From TPA_inf: Saccharomyces (lineage: Eukaryota): a stretch of DNA of 64,000 bases. The DNA is taken from assembly GCA_000146045.2 (NCBI GenBank), contig BK006948.2, positions 416,001 to 480,000 on the forward strand, given 5' to 3'. The position numbers were made by a program, and so were the translations under genes. This document shows positions 24,390 to 35,728 of the stretch, in pieces (positions within the stretch are counted from its first letter, which is position 1; every line of letters begins with the position of its first letter). The notes beneath the pieces were generated by a model. That model saw only the letters and a list, made by a program, of their open reading frames with translations, was not told the DNA's origin and made no database searches.

Positions 24390-25163
24390 TCATGATTTGG
24401 TAAAGAGCTTCAGAAGAGTTTCCACAGTTTCCTGCAATGATTCAAACGAAACCTCTTCACCAGATCCCATCGAAATGCGTTTTAATTCATCCCTGTGCGT
24501 AAATTCAGCTGCATCAAACGTTATCTTGTATAACTTTTGATAGTCTGTAATAGAATTAGAAATACCTCGAAGTCGGAGGCCACCCAAAATTAGCTTGGAC
24601 AAAGTTTCATTGAATTGAAGCCGTTTGTCATTAATATGCACGTTGCGATACACTTCCGTTTTCGTTCCGATCTTCCTTTGTTGAGATTGTTGTATTATTA
24701 TATCAATACTACCTTCCTTTGATACGGAGGCCCTTGTCTTTCCAATATCTTGCTTCAATTTGGTGACCTGGCCATCAAACTCATGCTTCATTGTTAGATC
24801 CACTTGAAAGCAGTTTAACTCTGTGTTCTCTCGAAATATAATCAAGTATGCTGGCTCCTGCGATCGCTGATCGACCTTGTCAAACAATTCAATGACAATG
24901 CCACGATTCGCGTTCCTTAGTTTTGATTTGAAGTAAGCCTGTGCGGTTGCACTGGTACTATAACATCTATATGTATTCATATTTGTGGAGCGGACCCACA
25001 AAGGCAGTTTTGCGAGATCTACATACTGAATGAATTGTCCCCTCAACTCTGAAGTTGATTTACTTGCTGTAGGTCGATTGCTCCAAAGTTGGATATCCCT
25101 AATGACCAAACTTCCCTGCTTTCCGCTAAGAGTAAAATTTAGTGTGCATAATTTCCGTGACAT
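24390..25163 (-). CDS. SLD7: Sld7; replication-initiation protein, partner of Sld3
   Basis: 257 aa from the second Met ([27 protein letters not shown]...). Matches YOR060C by length and position. Confidence 0.78.
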
Positions 25164-25533
25164 CAAAAGTCAGGCGAATTGGTGAATGCTGTCCCCTTTC
25201 AAGGCAGTCTATCATTTCTTAGTTACCTGCCAACAGGCCTTTATCAGGCCTCAAAGAAAAAAATTTCCTTGCGTAGCCCGCTTTTCGCCCGAACCTGGCA
25301 AAGCAAACAGACGATCGAAAAATTTCCAACGATCTTATCTAGGTGGAAGTTATAAAAAGAAGAATAAAGCATCGTCAACCTTTTTAACCTGAATTGGGAA
25401 ACAACGGGCACACACATTTGTTGGAGTTTGTATGATTGCTAAAAAATAAAAAGTAATTAAAAAAACATCATAGAGTTGTAAGGTCTCAGGGAAATAGAAG
25501 GAACAATAAACCTAAAAGAATAGAAGAAACAGA

Positions 25534-26553
25534 ATGCCATTACCTCCGTCAACATTGAACCAGAAATCTAATAGAGTCTACTCTGTAGCTAGGGTGTACA
25601 AGAATGCCTGCGAGGAGAGACCACAAGAATACTGGGACTACGAACAAGGGGTGACCATCGATTGGGGAAAGATTTCCAATTACGAAATTATCAACAAAAT
25701 TGGAAGAGGGAAATATTCCGAAGTGTTCAGCGGTAGATGTATTGTAAACAACCAGAAGTGTGTTATTAAAGTTTTAAAACCAGTTAAAATGAAAAAAATT
25801 TATAGAGAGTTGAAAATTCTGACCAATCTAACAGGCGGCCCCAATGTTGTTGGCCTTTATGATATAGTACAAGACGCTGACTCCAAAATACCTGCTTTGA
25901 TCTTTGAGGAAATCAAAAATGTTGATTTCAGAACTTTATATCCTACATTCAAACTTCCTGACATCCAGTATTATTTCACGCAATTATTGATTGCGTTAGA
26001 CTACTGTCACTCCATGGGCATAATGCACAGAGACGTAAAGCCTCAGAATGTCATGATTGATCCTACGGAACGTAAACTAAGGCTGATCGATTGGGGCCTG
26101 GCGGAGTTCTACCATCCAGGTGTAGATTACAACGTTCGTGTCGCTTCGCGTTACCACAAGGGACCAGAACTTTTAGTAAACTTGAACCAATATGACTACT
26201 CCCTAGACTTATGGTCAGTAGGATGCATGCTAGCAGCTATTGTCTTCAAAAAAGAACCTTTTTTCAAAGGGTCGTCTAATCCAGATCAACTGGTAAAGAT
26301 TGCCACAGTACTAGGAACCAAGGAACTGTTAGGCTATTTGGGTAAGTACGGGTTGCACTTACCATCTGAATACGACAACATTATGAGAGACTTTACAAAA
26401 AAATCGTGGACACACTTTATAACCTCCGAGACCAAATTAGCTGTTCCTGAAGTGGTTGATTTAATCGACAATTTATTAAGGTATGACCATCAAGAAAGAT
26501 TAACAGCAAAGGAGGCTATGGATCATAAGTTTTTCAAAACGAAGTTTGAATAA
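25534..26553 (+). CDS. CKA2: Casein kinase 2 catalytic subunit alpha'
   Basis: 339 aa. Kinase motifs [21 protein letters not shown] and DWGLAEF are present, as is the CK2-specific N-terminal [18 protein letters not shown]. Confidence 0.93.
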   Translation: MPLPPSTLNQKSNRVYSVARVYKNACEERPQEYWDYEQGVTIDWGKISNYEIINKIGRGKYSEVFSGRCIVNNQKCVIKVLKPVKMKKIYRELKILTNLTGGPNVVGLYDIVQDADSKIPALIFEEIKNVDFRTLYPTFKLPDIQYYFTQLLIALDYCHSMGIMHRDVKPQNVMIDPTERKLRLIDWGLAEFYHPGVDYNVRVASRYHKGPELLVNLNQYDYSLDLWSVGCMLAAIVFKKEPFFKGSSNPDQLVKIATVLGTKELLGYLGKYGLHLPSEYDNIMRDFTKKSWTHFITSETKLAVPEVVDLIDNLLRYDHQERLTAKEAMDHKFFKTKFE

Positions 26554-26724
26554 TTGGACAACAATACTCTTAGCAAGGCAATTCTTTTTCCACCACTGAT
26601 TTCCATTTATAAAAAGCAGGGGTTTTCCTTTTTTGTAGCTTGATATTAGAGAATATCCTTAATGTGAATATTAAATTGCAAACTCTATTTAACAACGAAT
26701 GTAGATTATTATATGACCAGAAAA

Positions 26725-27531
26725 TCACTTTATATAGATATAAGAGCCTTCCGTAATGCTATGCAAGTTTTGATGAATTATTATATTGTCGTGAGGCGTG
26801 TTCCGAGGAGTTTCGTCGCCATTGGGATAGAGATGCTCGTAATCGTACGTGTCTGGAAGTGCCTGCCGACGGTAGCGATGTCTACTCTCGTCCCAGACAA
26901 TGGAATAGTTTTGGAATTGTTCTACATCATTTATTAGAACACATGATTCACGAAATCTCCCACGTTTGTCAATATCTCGCCTACGAACAGTGTCATCGAA
27001 TGATATTGAACGCTGAGAGAGCCATTTACCTTTTGAGTAAAATACGCTGCCTTTTTTCAGCAATGAAGAAGCACTTCCCTCCTTTCTTACATCCAATAAT
27101 TGCTTCCCTTGTTCCTTTATATTCCCCATAGGAAAGTCCGTTGGAGTAGGTTGCTCTCTTTCATGTATTCCAACCAGATCAGGTCCGTAAAGAACAGTAA
27201 CGTCTATTTCTTTATTCCAGTTTATGCTTAGTGGATCAATTTTGTATTCATCTAAATTGAAGTGCTTTATGGACCACCTCCTCCATATACAATGATACAA
27301 CCTAGCCATATATATGCTATAGTCAAACTCATTTTCAGAAGAGCAACTGGGTAACCTTAATAATTTATGCTTGCGCATTTTCAGCAACAAGCGCCAGGTA
27401 GTGGACACGTCCAAGCTATCATAGTTAAATTTGAAATGAAAATAATCTATGGCGGGGCGAATATAGTTGGTGGCGTTGTCTAATAGTGCTATATTTTTTT
27501 TTGTCAGCACACTGTCATCTAAACTAGTCAT
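26725..27531 (-). CDS. YOR062C; protein of unknown function, paralog of YKR075C (Reg1-related C-terminal region)
   Basis: 268 aa from the internal Met (MTSLDDSVLTKKNIALLDN...). The call rests on position between CKA2 and RPL3 and on the expected length. The sequence has moderate complexity. Confidence 0.65.
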   Translation of the reverse strand: MTSLDDSVLTKKNIALLDNATNYIRPAIDYFHFKFNYDSLDVSTTWRLLLKMRKHKLLRLPSCSSENEFDYSIYMARLYHCIWRRWSIKHFNLDEYKIDPLSINWNKEIDVTVLYGPDLVGIHEREQPTPTDFPMGNIKEQGKQLLDVRKEGSASSLLKKGSVFYSKGKWLSQRSISFDDTVRRRDIDKRGRFRESCVLINDVEQFQNYSIVWDESRHRYRRQALPDTYDYEHLYPNGDETPRNTPHDNIIIHQNLHSITEGSYIYIK

Positions 27532-28453
27532 TTTCACTAACAAGGTAGTATATGTTAGAGTCTTGGAGATTTTCGACCTGTTCAGACTGGCCAAAAGAGT
27601 GCTAATATGAAAATGTTCCCTCTTATAATATATAACATCTGTGACAAAAATCTATTCTTCCACCTATCGCCTGCATAACATGAGGCCTTTCCTGCGGGAT
27701 AGCTTTTGCTTCAGGTTCTTCTGAGGTTCTGAAAATCAATATATTTTTCCGACAATTTCTCACTATGCCTCTATCCCCCTTAAAAAGAAACACTTTCTAC
27801 CCTCTTTTCTAAACTCTGCACACTAGACCGAGACAGCAAATCGGAGCCCGAGAGAAAATCCGGAGGACGGAAAAACTAGAAGTAATCTTATGCGGGGAGC
27901 ATGCACCAGAACGCCCAGAAAACGTGAATGACACTACATACTTTGATACGGATGTTGGTATTTTTCCGGCTTTTTCTATTTTATCGATGCCGTGTCTGCT
28001 GCCATTACGTACAGGTAGGCAAAGGCAAACAAGAATAGCACTTTTTCACTTGCTGCTTTTTTTTGTGAATGAAGTTTATCGTATATTCTGTTAGTGCCGC
28101 TCGTATCAGCCACTTACGTTATCATTCTAAAGTAAGTATACGAAATGTGCAAACCTTAGTAGACGTTCAAGAATTGCTCGATAATTGCGAACAAACCAGC
28201 TGCTAAGCCGGGAAGTTAAGTCCTCAACACAGAAATGATGCAAACAATTTATTAAATTCAGTGGTAATGCAACAGCAAGAGGAAAGGTGGAGGGATTAAC
28301 GCATTTCAGACAGCTTTATAGGGGGAAAGAAAGCACTCGCAAACTTGCTGCCTGTTCGCAGTCATTGGTTGCAAAAACTAAACTCTACTCACGCACACTG
28401 GAATGAATGGCAATATTCTTTTTTAGGTTAACCGGCCGGACAGTAATATAGTA

Positions 28454-28517
28454 ATCGTTTTGTACGTTTTTCAAGAAGCGACGCACAACTGTTTTCCATT
28501 TTTTTTTTTTTTTTTTC
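28454..28517. promoter_or_regulatory. RPL3 (TCM1) promoter elements: an Abf1-consensus site ATCGTTTTGTACG (28454-28466) followed by a T17 tract (28499-28516)
   Basis: ATCGTTTTGTACG fits RTCRYNNNNNACG. A T-rich tract lies just downstream, about 170-230 bp 5' of the RPL3 ATG. I found no clear Rap1 site, which agrees with TCM1 being Abf1-driven. Confidence 0.5.
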
Positions 28518-28685
28518 AGTGATCATCGTCCATGAAAAAAATTTTTCATTTGTCTCTTTCGTGCTTCCTGGATATATAAAATACGATTTATTTAGTTGTC
28601 TTTGTCAATCCTCATCTTTCTTTACTCATTATTTCATTTCGGTTTTGTCATCTCTAGAACAACACAGTTACTACAACAATCAATC

Positions 28686-29849
28686 ATGTCTCACAGAAAG
28701 TACGAAGCACCACGTCACGGTCATTTAGGTTTCTTGCCAAGAAAGAGAGCTGCCTCCATCAGAGCTAGAGTTAAGGCTTTTCCAAAGGATGACAGATCCA
28801 AGCCAGTTGCTCTAACTTCCTTCTTGGGTTACAAGGCTGGTATGACCACCATTGTCAGAGATTTGGACAGACCAGGTTCTAAGTTCCACAAGCGTGAAGT
28901 TGTCGAAGCTGTCACCGTTGTTGACACTCCACCAGTTGTCGTTGTTGGTGTTGTCGGTTACGTCGAAACCCCAAGAGGTTTGAGATCTTTGACCACCGTC
29001 TGGGCTGAACATTTGTCTGACGAAGTCAAGAGAAGATTCTACAAGAACTGGTACAAGTCTAAGAAGAAGGCTTTCACCAAATACTCTGCCAAGTACGCTC
29101 AAGATGGTGCTGGTATTGAAAGAGAATTGGCTAGAATCAAGAAGTACGCTTCCGTCGTCAGAGTTTTGGTCCACACTCAAATCAGAAAGACTCCATTGGC
29201 TCAAAAGAAGGCTCATTTGGCTGAAATCCAATTGAACGGTGGTTCCATCTCTGAAAAGGTTGACTGGGCTCGTGAACATTTCGAAAAGACTGTTGCTGTC
29301 GACAGCGTTTTTGAACAAAACGAAATGATTGACGCTATTGCTGTCACCAAGGGTCACGGTTTCGAAGGTGTTACCCACAGATGGGGTACTAAGAAATTGC
29401 CAAGAAAGACTCACAGAGGTCTAAGAAAGGTTGCTTGTATTGGTGCTTGGCATCCAGCCCACGTTATGTGGAGTGTTGCCAGAGCTGGTCAAAGAGGTTA
29501 CCATTCCAGAACCTCCATTAACCACAAGATTTACAGAGTCGGTAAGGGTGATGATGAAGCTAACGGTGCTACCAGCTTCGACAGAACCAAGAAGACTATT
29601 ACCCCAATGGGTGGTTTCGTCCACTACGGTGAAATTAAGAACGACTTCATCATGGTTAAAGGTTGTATCCCAGGTAACAGAAAGAGAATTGTTACTTTGA
29701 GAAAGTCTTTGTACACCAACACTTCTAGAAAGGCTTTGGAAGAAGTCAGCTTGAAGTGGATTGACACTGCTTCTAAGTTCGGTAAGGGTAGATTCCAAAC
29801 CCCAGCTGAAAAGCATGCTTTCATGGGTACTTTGAAGAAGGACTTGTAA
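28686..29849 (+). CDS. RPL3: 60S ribosomal protein L3, uninterrupted by introns
   Basis: 387 aa, [23 protein letters not shown]...FMGTLKKDL. The track ORF begins at an upstream in-frame ATG, and the true start is at 28686. Codon usage is very strongly biased, for example gtt/gct/ggt/aag/aga. Confidence 0.96.
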
Positions 29850-30078
29850 GAAGTTTTGTTAGAAAATAAATCATTTTTTAATTGAGCATTCTTATTCCTA
29901 TTTTATTTAAATAGTTTTATGTATTGTTAGCTACATACAACAGTTTAAATCAAATTTTCTTTTTCCCAAGTCCAAAATGGAGGTTTATTTTGATGACCCG
30001 CATGCGATTATGTTTTGAAAGTATAAGACTACATACATGTACATATATTTAAACATGTAAACCCGTCCATTATATTGC

Positions 30079-30738
30079 TTACTTTCTTCTTTTTTGCCGT
30101 TTTGACTTGGACCTCTGGTTTGCTATTTCCTTACAATCTTTGCTACAATACCATTTGCCCTTGGGAGCTTGTTTCAGGCCTACGCAACCATAATGGAACC
30201 ACTCGAAGGGACAAGCCGGATTATCACAAGCCACCATTGGCCCATAAGATACATTCCTACAGAAACAATAAACCTCCTCTTGATTATTATTACCCTCTGT
30301 TACATCACCCTGGTTAATCCCAATTGTGGGGCTAGTTATGCTCTCTTTTCTTTCCCTCGATTTAGCCTTTTTCAAGTTAATCTTTAAAAGCAGTTTTGGC
30401 TCCTTATATGCTCCTGGTTCTTCTAACGTCAACTTCGACTTGATATTCTCTAGCGAAGAGTTGAAATTTTTTGTCACTGACTTCTGTATCTCTAGTTCCT
30501 TCTTATGCTGCTTTAAGAAATGAATCTGATCATCGACCAGATCATTAATATAAGTCGCTACCAGCAACAGATCCCTACAGGCCCTTTCCATACCAGGCTC
30601 ATCCTCTTCATTCTTGAATAAGTCGATTGTTTGCATCAGTCGAAGAGATCTTATTAGTTCACATGGTAAATGATCCAAAGTGCTAAGGAAACTGTACCTG
30701 ATATCCGAATCCGAGTTTTCGTTGGCGAGATGTTCCAT
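30079..30738 (-). CDS. YNG1: Yng1; ING-family PHD-finger subunit of the NuA3 histone acetyltransferase complex
   Basis: 219 aa. The C-terminal PHD finger is CFCRNVSYGPMVACDNPACPFEWFHYGCVGLKQAPKGKWYCSKDC. Confidence 0.88.
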   Translation of the reverse strand: MEHLANENSDSDIRYSFLSTLDHLPCELIRSLRLMQTIDLFKNEEDEPGMERACRDLLLVATYINDLVDDQIHFLKQHKKELEIQKSVTKNFNSSLENIKSKLTLEEPGAYKEPKLLLKINLKKAKSRERKESITSPTIGINQGDVTEGNNNQEEVYCFCRNVSYGPMVACDNPACPFEWFHYGCVGLKQAPKGKWYCSKDCKEIANQRSKSKRQKRRK

Positions 30739-30841
30739 TGCTGTAGACGAAAAAAACTTCCTTGTAAAGCGGATGTGCTAGCGCATCATACATTTCAGTT
30801 CTATTAAGACTTTCACAGATGCTGTTGTGATGTTCTGTGAG

Positions 30842-30891
30842 CCAATCCCAAATGTTTGTATAAGGACGGAAATAAGACGGAGCGCCACGTG
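30842..30891. promoter_or_regulatory. CYT1 upstream elements: a CCAAT box (30842-30846; candidate Hap2/3/4/5 site) and CACGTG (30886-30891; Cbf1/Cpf1 E-box)
   Basis: gtgaGCCAATcccaaatg and gcgcCACGTGactg lie about 550-600 bp 5' of the CYT1 ATG, in the divergent YNG1-CYT1 intergenic region. CYT1 is known to be Hap- and Cpf1-regulated. Confidence 0.45.
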
Positions 30892-31438
30892 ACTGAAGAT
30901 TTTTTTTTTCTCGGATTTCTTGGTAATGGGCGGCCGGTATTTCCGGCGGCCAAAAAATGCGAGGATTTGGTTGGTGGAGAGGGTCGAGCGCCTTTACCCT
31001 GCGTAGATACTAAGGGGGCTCTTTCTAGTATATAAACAATTTGAATAATAACGAGGTTAGACGTCCAACTGGATCCATAGACTATCTAAGCTTTTAGTAG
31101 AGGCCATTCGTTTTCTTATTAATCATCGGTTTCACAATCTTTCTTTGTTAAGCAACATTTTATACATTTTTGTACTTTATCTTCAAATATTAAGGACAAG
31201 AAAGAAAAAGAAAAAGAATCCATATTCTATATTAGTGTAACACTATTTTTCTTAAATATTTTTTCCAGTACTCCCCCAGTTTGATAAAAAGCATTCATTG
31301 AATTTCCCCACATTTGTGATATCTTCAATTGATTAGTTTGAACTAGTTCTGAAAAATAATATTTTACAATTTGCATTTTCATTACACTATATCATCTACT
31401 ATTTTTTCTCAGAAGCGGAAGTTATAACTAATTTGACA

Positions 31439-32368
31439 ATGTTTTCAAATCTATCTAAACGTTGGGCTCAAAGGACCCTCTCGAAAAGTTTCTACTCTAC
31501 CGCAACAGGTGCTGCTAGTAAATCTGGCAAGCTTACTCAAAAGCTCGTTACAGCGGGTGTTGCTGCCGCCGGTATCACCGCATCGACTTTACTCTATGCA
31601 GACTCCTTAACTGCCGAAGCTATGACCGCAGCTGAACACGGATTGCACGCCCCAGCATATGCTTGGTCCCACAATGGGCCTTTTGAAACATTTGATCATG
31701 CATCCATTAGAAGAGGTTACCAGGTTTACCGTGAAGTTTGTGCCGCCTGCCATTCTCTTGACAGAGTTGCTTGGAGAACTTTGGTTGGTGTTTCTCATAC
31801 CAACGAAGAGGTTCGTAATATGGCCGAAGAATTTGAATACGATGACGAACCTGATGAACAAGGTAACCCTAAAAAGAGACCAGGTAAGTTGTCCGATTAC
31901 ATCCCTGGCCCATACCCAAACGAACAGGCTGCAAGAGCTGCCAATCAAGGTGCCTTGCCACCTGATCTATCTTTGATCGTGAAAGCTAGACACGGTGGTT
32001 GTGACTACATTTTCTCTTTGTTGACCGGTTATCCTGATGAACCTCCTGCTGGTGTGGCTTTACCACCAGGTTCTAATTATAACCCTTACTTCCCAGGTGG
32101 TTCCATTGCAATGGCAAGAGTCTTGTTTGATGACATGGTTGAGTACGAAGATGGTACCCCCGCAACGACATCTCAAATGGCAAAGGACGTTACCACCTTT
32201 TTAAACTGGTGTGCCGAACCTGAACATGACGAAAGAAAGAGATTGGGTTTGAAAACGGTGATAATCTTATCATCTTTGTATTTGCTATCTATCTGGGTGA
32301 AGAAGTTCAAATGGGCCGGTATCAAAACCAGAAAATTCGTTTTCAATCCACCAAAACCAAGAAAGTAG
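31439..32368 (+). CDS. CYT1: Cytochrome c1, bc1 complex subunit
   Basis: 309 aa from MFSNLSKRWAQRTL.... The heme-binding CAACHS (CXXCH) motif and a C-terminal TM anchor are present. Confidence 0.93.
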   Translation: MFSNLSKRWAQRTLSKSFYSTATGAASKSGKLTQKLVTAGVAAAGITASTLLYADSLTAEAMTAAEHGLHAPAYAWSHNGPFETFDHASIRRGYQVYREVCAACHSLDRVAWRTLVGVSHTNEEVRNMAEEFEYDDEPDEQGNPKKRPGKLSDYIPGPYPNEQAARAANQGALPPDLSLIVKARHGGCDYIFSLLTGYPDEPPAGVALPPGSNYNPYFPGGSIAMARVLFDDMVEYEDGTPATTSQMAKDVTTFLNWCAEPEHDERKRLGLKTVIILSSLYLLSIWVKKFKWAGIKTRKFVFNPPKPRK

Positions 32369-32670
32369 TTGACAAAAAAATGAAAACCACTATTATTTAA
32401 ATTACGGAAAAAAAAAAACCAATAAACAAAAAACATAATAAAAGAAATGAAAAAAAAGAATATTAGTAGAGCATACTGAATTGTTTTCAGAAAGAGAGTG
32501 AAAGGTAACAAAAATTTACCTACTTTTCCTTTTTATTTCTCTGGTTTCGTTTCTTTTTTTTCGGCCACCCTATTTATTTTTTCACTGCTTGTAAACAACG
32601 TCTCACTTCAATAGTGTCTCCTTCATGTACTGAGATACTGCTGCAAGCGAAATATCACGAATAATAATAT

Positions 32671-32696
32671 AAAAAAAAAAAAAAAAAAAAAAAAAG
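32671..32696. repeat. Poly(dA:dT) tract (A26) in the CYT1 3' / MSA1 5' intergenic region
   Basis: 26 consecutive A. Confidence 0.95.
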
Positions 32697-33435
32697 ATGT
32701 TTAAATGTTAACAACCTAACAGCAATAAAAAATAAAAATAAAGGTAGAAGATTGCAAGAAAGAAACTTTACAATATTTTGTTTGGATGCCCAACACCGGC
32801 GTCTTGGTGTTCTTCTATAATATTTATTTTATTTATTTTTTATTTATATATGTACATATATATTCCTATTATCTATTAAGAAAGTAAACTTAGTGTAAAT
32901 CTACCACTGTTCCAAGGCTTTGGCCATCCACCTTCTCTTTCGTTCCATTAATAATATGACACAATCGTTGAGGATGCGAGCGAGACCGTTATGGTCGATC
33001 TTTGAAGTCGCCGCGTAACGCGCTAGTATTTTTTCCTTAAAGAGGCAAACACTTATTTTTCCCTAATAGGAAATCCCTCAAATCGGTTTTTTTCCATATT
33101 AGTCCCGTTCTATTGTCTGGTTTCATACCTCTAAAATTTCTCTCGCTGTTCCATCAATTAATACAATCAAGGCACAGCCAGCAAATACTAATAATTCTCT
33201 TAATAACTGCTTCCCCTTTGCAGCACCGATAAGGGATCTTTAAGACGGTCTTGAAAATTTTTCGTTAGTTCATTTTTCATTCTCGGAAGTTTTTTTAAAT
33301 TTTGAGAAGAAGAGCTGGTTGCACATTCCAAGGTGATTAAAGGGATTTGATTAAGTATATATTCACCAACCTGGGTTGTGTAGTTGAAAAGGGGAATAAA
33401 AATATCTCAAGAATACTTCGTGAAAAATATTCACT

Positions 33436-35325
33436 ATGGATAAAAGCATGATCAAAAAAAGAGGCAGGCCTCCCATCACCAAAGATTATCCCAATCCCCT
33501 ACAAAGCCCCATGGCGCATTCTTCAATGCAGGTTCAGAAGCAGGGGCCTCACAGTTTTGCCAAACCTTTGATGAAAGTGGGGCAATCTAGTCCATCCCCG
33601 AATAAAAGAAGACTCAGCATCGATCATCATCATAATTTGGCGGCAACTACGAGAAAGGGCAGATACAGGGGCGTTCTTCTTTCTACTCCCACCAAGAAAT
33701 CGAGCACTAATGGCTCTACGCCGATCTCTACCCCGTCTTCGAATGACAGCTATAATAACACGGTGTTTTCTGAAACAAGGAAAACCTTTCTTCAGAGTTC
33801 GCCGCCTATCATGACGTCTTCTCCAGCTTTCCAAAAGAAAAATGACTACATGTTTCCTTCACAGGAACAATTCAAACTTTCTTTAACCATTACCGAAAGT
33901 GGGAAGGCCGTTATTGCAGGATCTTTGCCTTTCTCTCCATCGTCAAAATCGTCTCATTTAATGAACAATAATAATAAAAAGATCATGCAAAATGAAAAAA
34001 TTCACAAAGGAAGCAAGAAAAATGCACCCAAGTTTGAGAAGAGACGTATTCTTTCTCTCTTAAAACAGATGAAGAATGAGAAATATTGTGATACTGATAC
34101 GCTCCCCGAAGCACCTCCAGCGAAACCAAGCAGATCTGACATCATCGACACAGAATTGCCGACTATCATAGAAACTTCAGCTTCTCCAATAGGCAGTGCT
34201 AGAAACAATAATATACTGCTTTCGCAACCACCACAATCACCCCCTTCAAGCGCGCAACTTAAGCCCCCATCCACTCCAAAGAGTTCTCTACAATTCAGGA
34301 TGGGATTTACTCCCAATGTTGCACTAAATTCCGTATCATTAAGTGATACTATATCCAAATCTACAAATGCTGTGGGTGCCAGCAATAATAACAATCAGAA
34401 CGGTAATTCCATTAGCAATATCGCGGATGCTAATACTTTACTTACCTTGACTAATAGCCCGGGAGTTTTCTTATCACCTCGAAACAAAATGTTGCCCAAG
34501 TCGACTACTGCATCTAACGAACAACAGCAGGAATTCGTGTTTAAGTTTTCAAGTGGTGACCCGTTATTGCTTACTGACGACGCAGATGGGAATTGGCCAG
34601 AAATGCTGTTCAATGTATCTAATACGCCCAGACGTCAAAAATGTTTTAACACACCTCCTTCATGGATAAACTTTGGTTCACCTGGATTATTCAGCCCACC
34701 AAGAAGCTCTAATGTCATGGTAAATGGCACCACTGTAGCCACCGCATCGGATAGCGGCAACGTCCATAGACAATTACAAGCTCAATTGGAGGCGCAAGTG
34801 CAAGTGCAATCGCAATCCAATTCTCCTACTCAAAGGCAACAACAACAGCGTCAATTTCAAATACCCCCACCTCACATAAACATGAACTCTTCCCCGCCAC
34901 AAATCAATATCGCTTCCCCACCTCATCAATCTATGTCTCGGGTGTCATCTATTTACTTCAACAAAGAAAAAACCACAACAGGGGTAGCAAATATGCTAGG
35001 TAACACCAAAAGCGAAAACTTACAGCCGCCGGCGAATTTATTTACCGCTGCCCATGGACCTTCAACTCCTAGAAATCAAGAATTTCAATTACCCACTTTG
35101 ATTGAATGCACTCCATTAATCCAGCAAACCATGAATGGCTCATTAGGAACCAAATACATACCAGGTACTTCAATTTCGAACAGTGCAACTCCTAATTTAC
35201 ACGGGTTCCCTGTTGGAACCGGGAAAGCTCCCTCTAGCTTTGACGATTCACTAAAACAAAACCCGTACAGCAACAAACAGGATGATGCTAGAACTGCCTT
35301 GAAAAGATTAATCGATGATCAGTGA
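33436..35325 (+). CDS. MSA1: Msa1; SBF/MBF-associated activator of G1-specific transcription
   Basis: 629 aa, MDKSMIKKRGRPPITKDYPNPLQSP..., Ser/Pro/Asn-rich and low complexity. Matches YOR066W by length and position. Confidence 0.82.
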   Translation: MDKSMIKKRGRPPITKDYPNPLQSPMAHSSMQVQKQGPHSFAKPLMKVGQSSPSPNKRRLSIDHHHNLAATTRKGRYRGVLLSTPTKKSSTNGSTPISTPSSNDSYNNTVFSETRKTFLQSSPPIMTSSPAFQKKNDYMFPSQEQFKLSLTITESGKAVIAGSLPFSPSSKSSHLMNNNNKKIMQNEKIHKGSKKNAPKFEKRRILSLLKQMKNEKYCDTDTLPEAPPAKPSRSDIIDTELPTIIETSASPIGSARNNNILLSQPPQSPPSSAQLKPPSTPKSSLQFRMGFTPNVALNSVSLSDTISKSTNAVGASNNNNQNGNSISNIADANTLLTLTNSPGVFLSPRNKMLPKSTTASNEQQQEFVFKFSSGDPLLLTDDADGNWPEMLFNVSNTPRRQKCFNTPPSWINFGSPGLFSPPRSSNVMVNGTTVATASDSGNVHRQLQAQLEAQVQVQSQSNSPTQRQQQQRQFQIPPPHINMNSSPPQINIASPPHQSMSRVSSIYFNKEKTTTGVANMLGNTKSENLQPPANLFTAAHGPSTPRNQEFQLPTLIECTPLIQQTMNGSLGTKYIPGTSISNSATPNLHGFPVGTGKAPSSFDDSLKQNPYSNKQDDARTALKRLIDDQ

Positions 35326-35728
35326 AAATAGTCATAGATTCATGAAAACGATATGAGCCAAAAGGACCATTCAATAATCATGAAGCGTTAAAAAATAGTT
35401 TACTTACCTTTTTTCCTTCTTAAAGCATTTTCCCAGAGCTGATAGATAATATATTGAAGTAGTACTTATATACCTTTCAACTGATGCATGTGAATGGAGT
35501 TGACCTTCATTCAGTTTAATGTAATGTTATTTTAATTCAAGTGTAAAACGCACAATACGTAAACGAAAAATAATGAGGAACTGGCGTGAGGGACTGCATA
35601 AATCGAAATCTAATCGTTATTCAATTAGTTAGTAGGTGAAAATGTACAATAAATATTTCTAAAATCGATTCATATATAAATAATTTTATATCACTTTTTT
35701 TTTAACGTCCTAGGGAAGCGATATTGTA

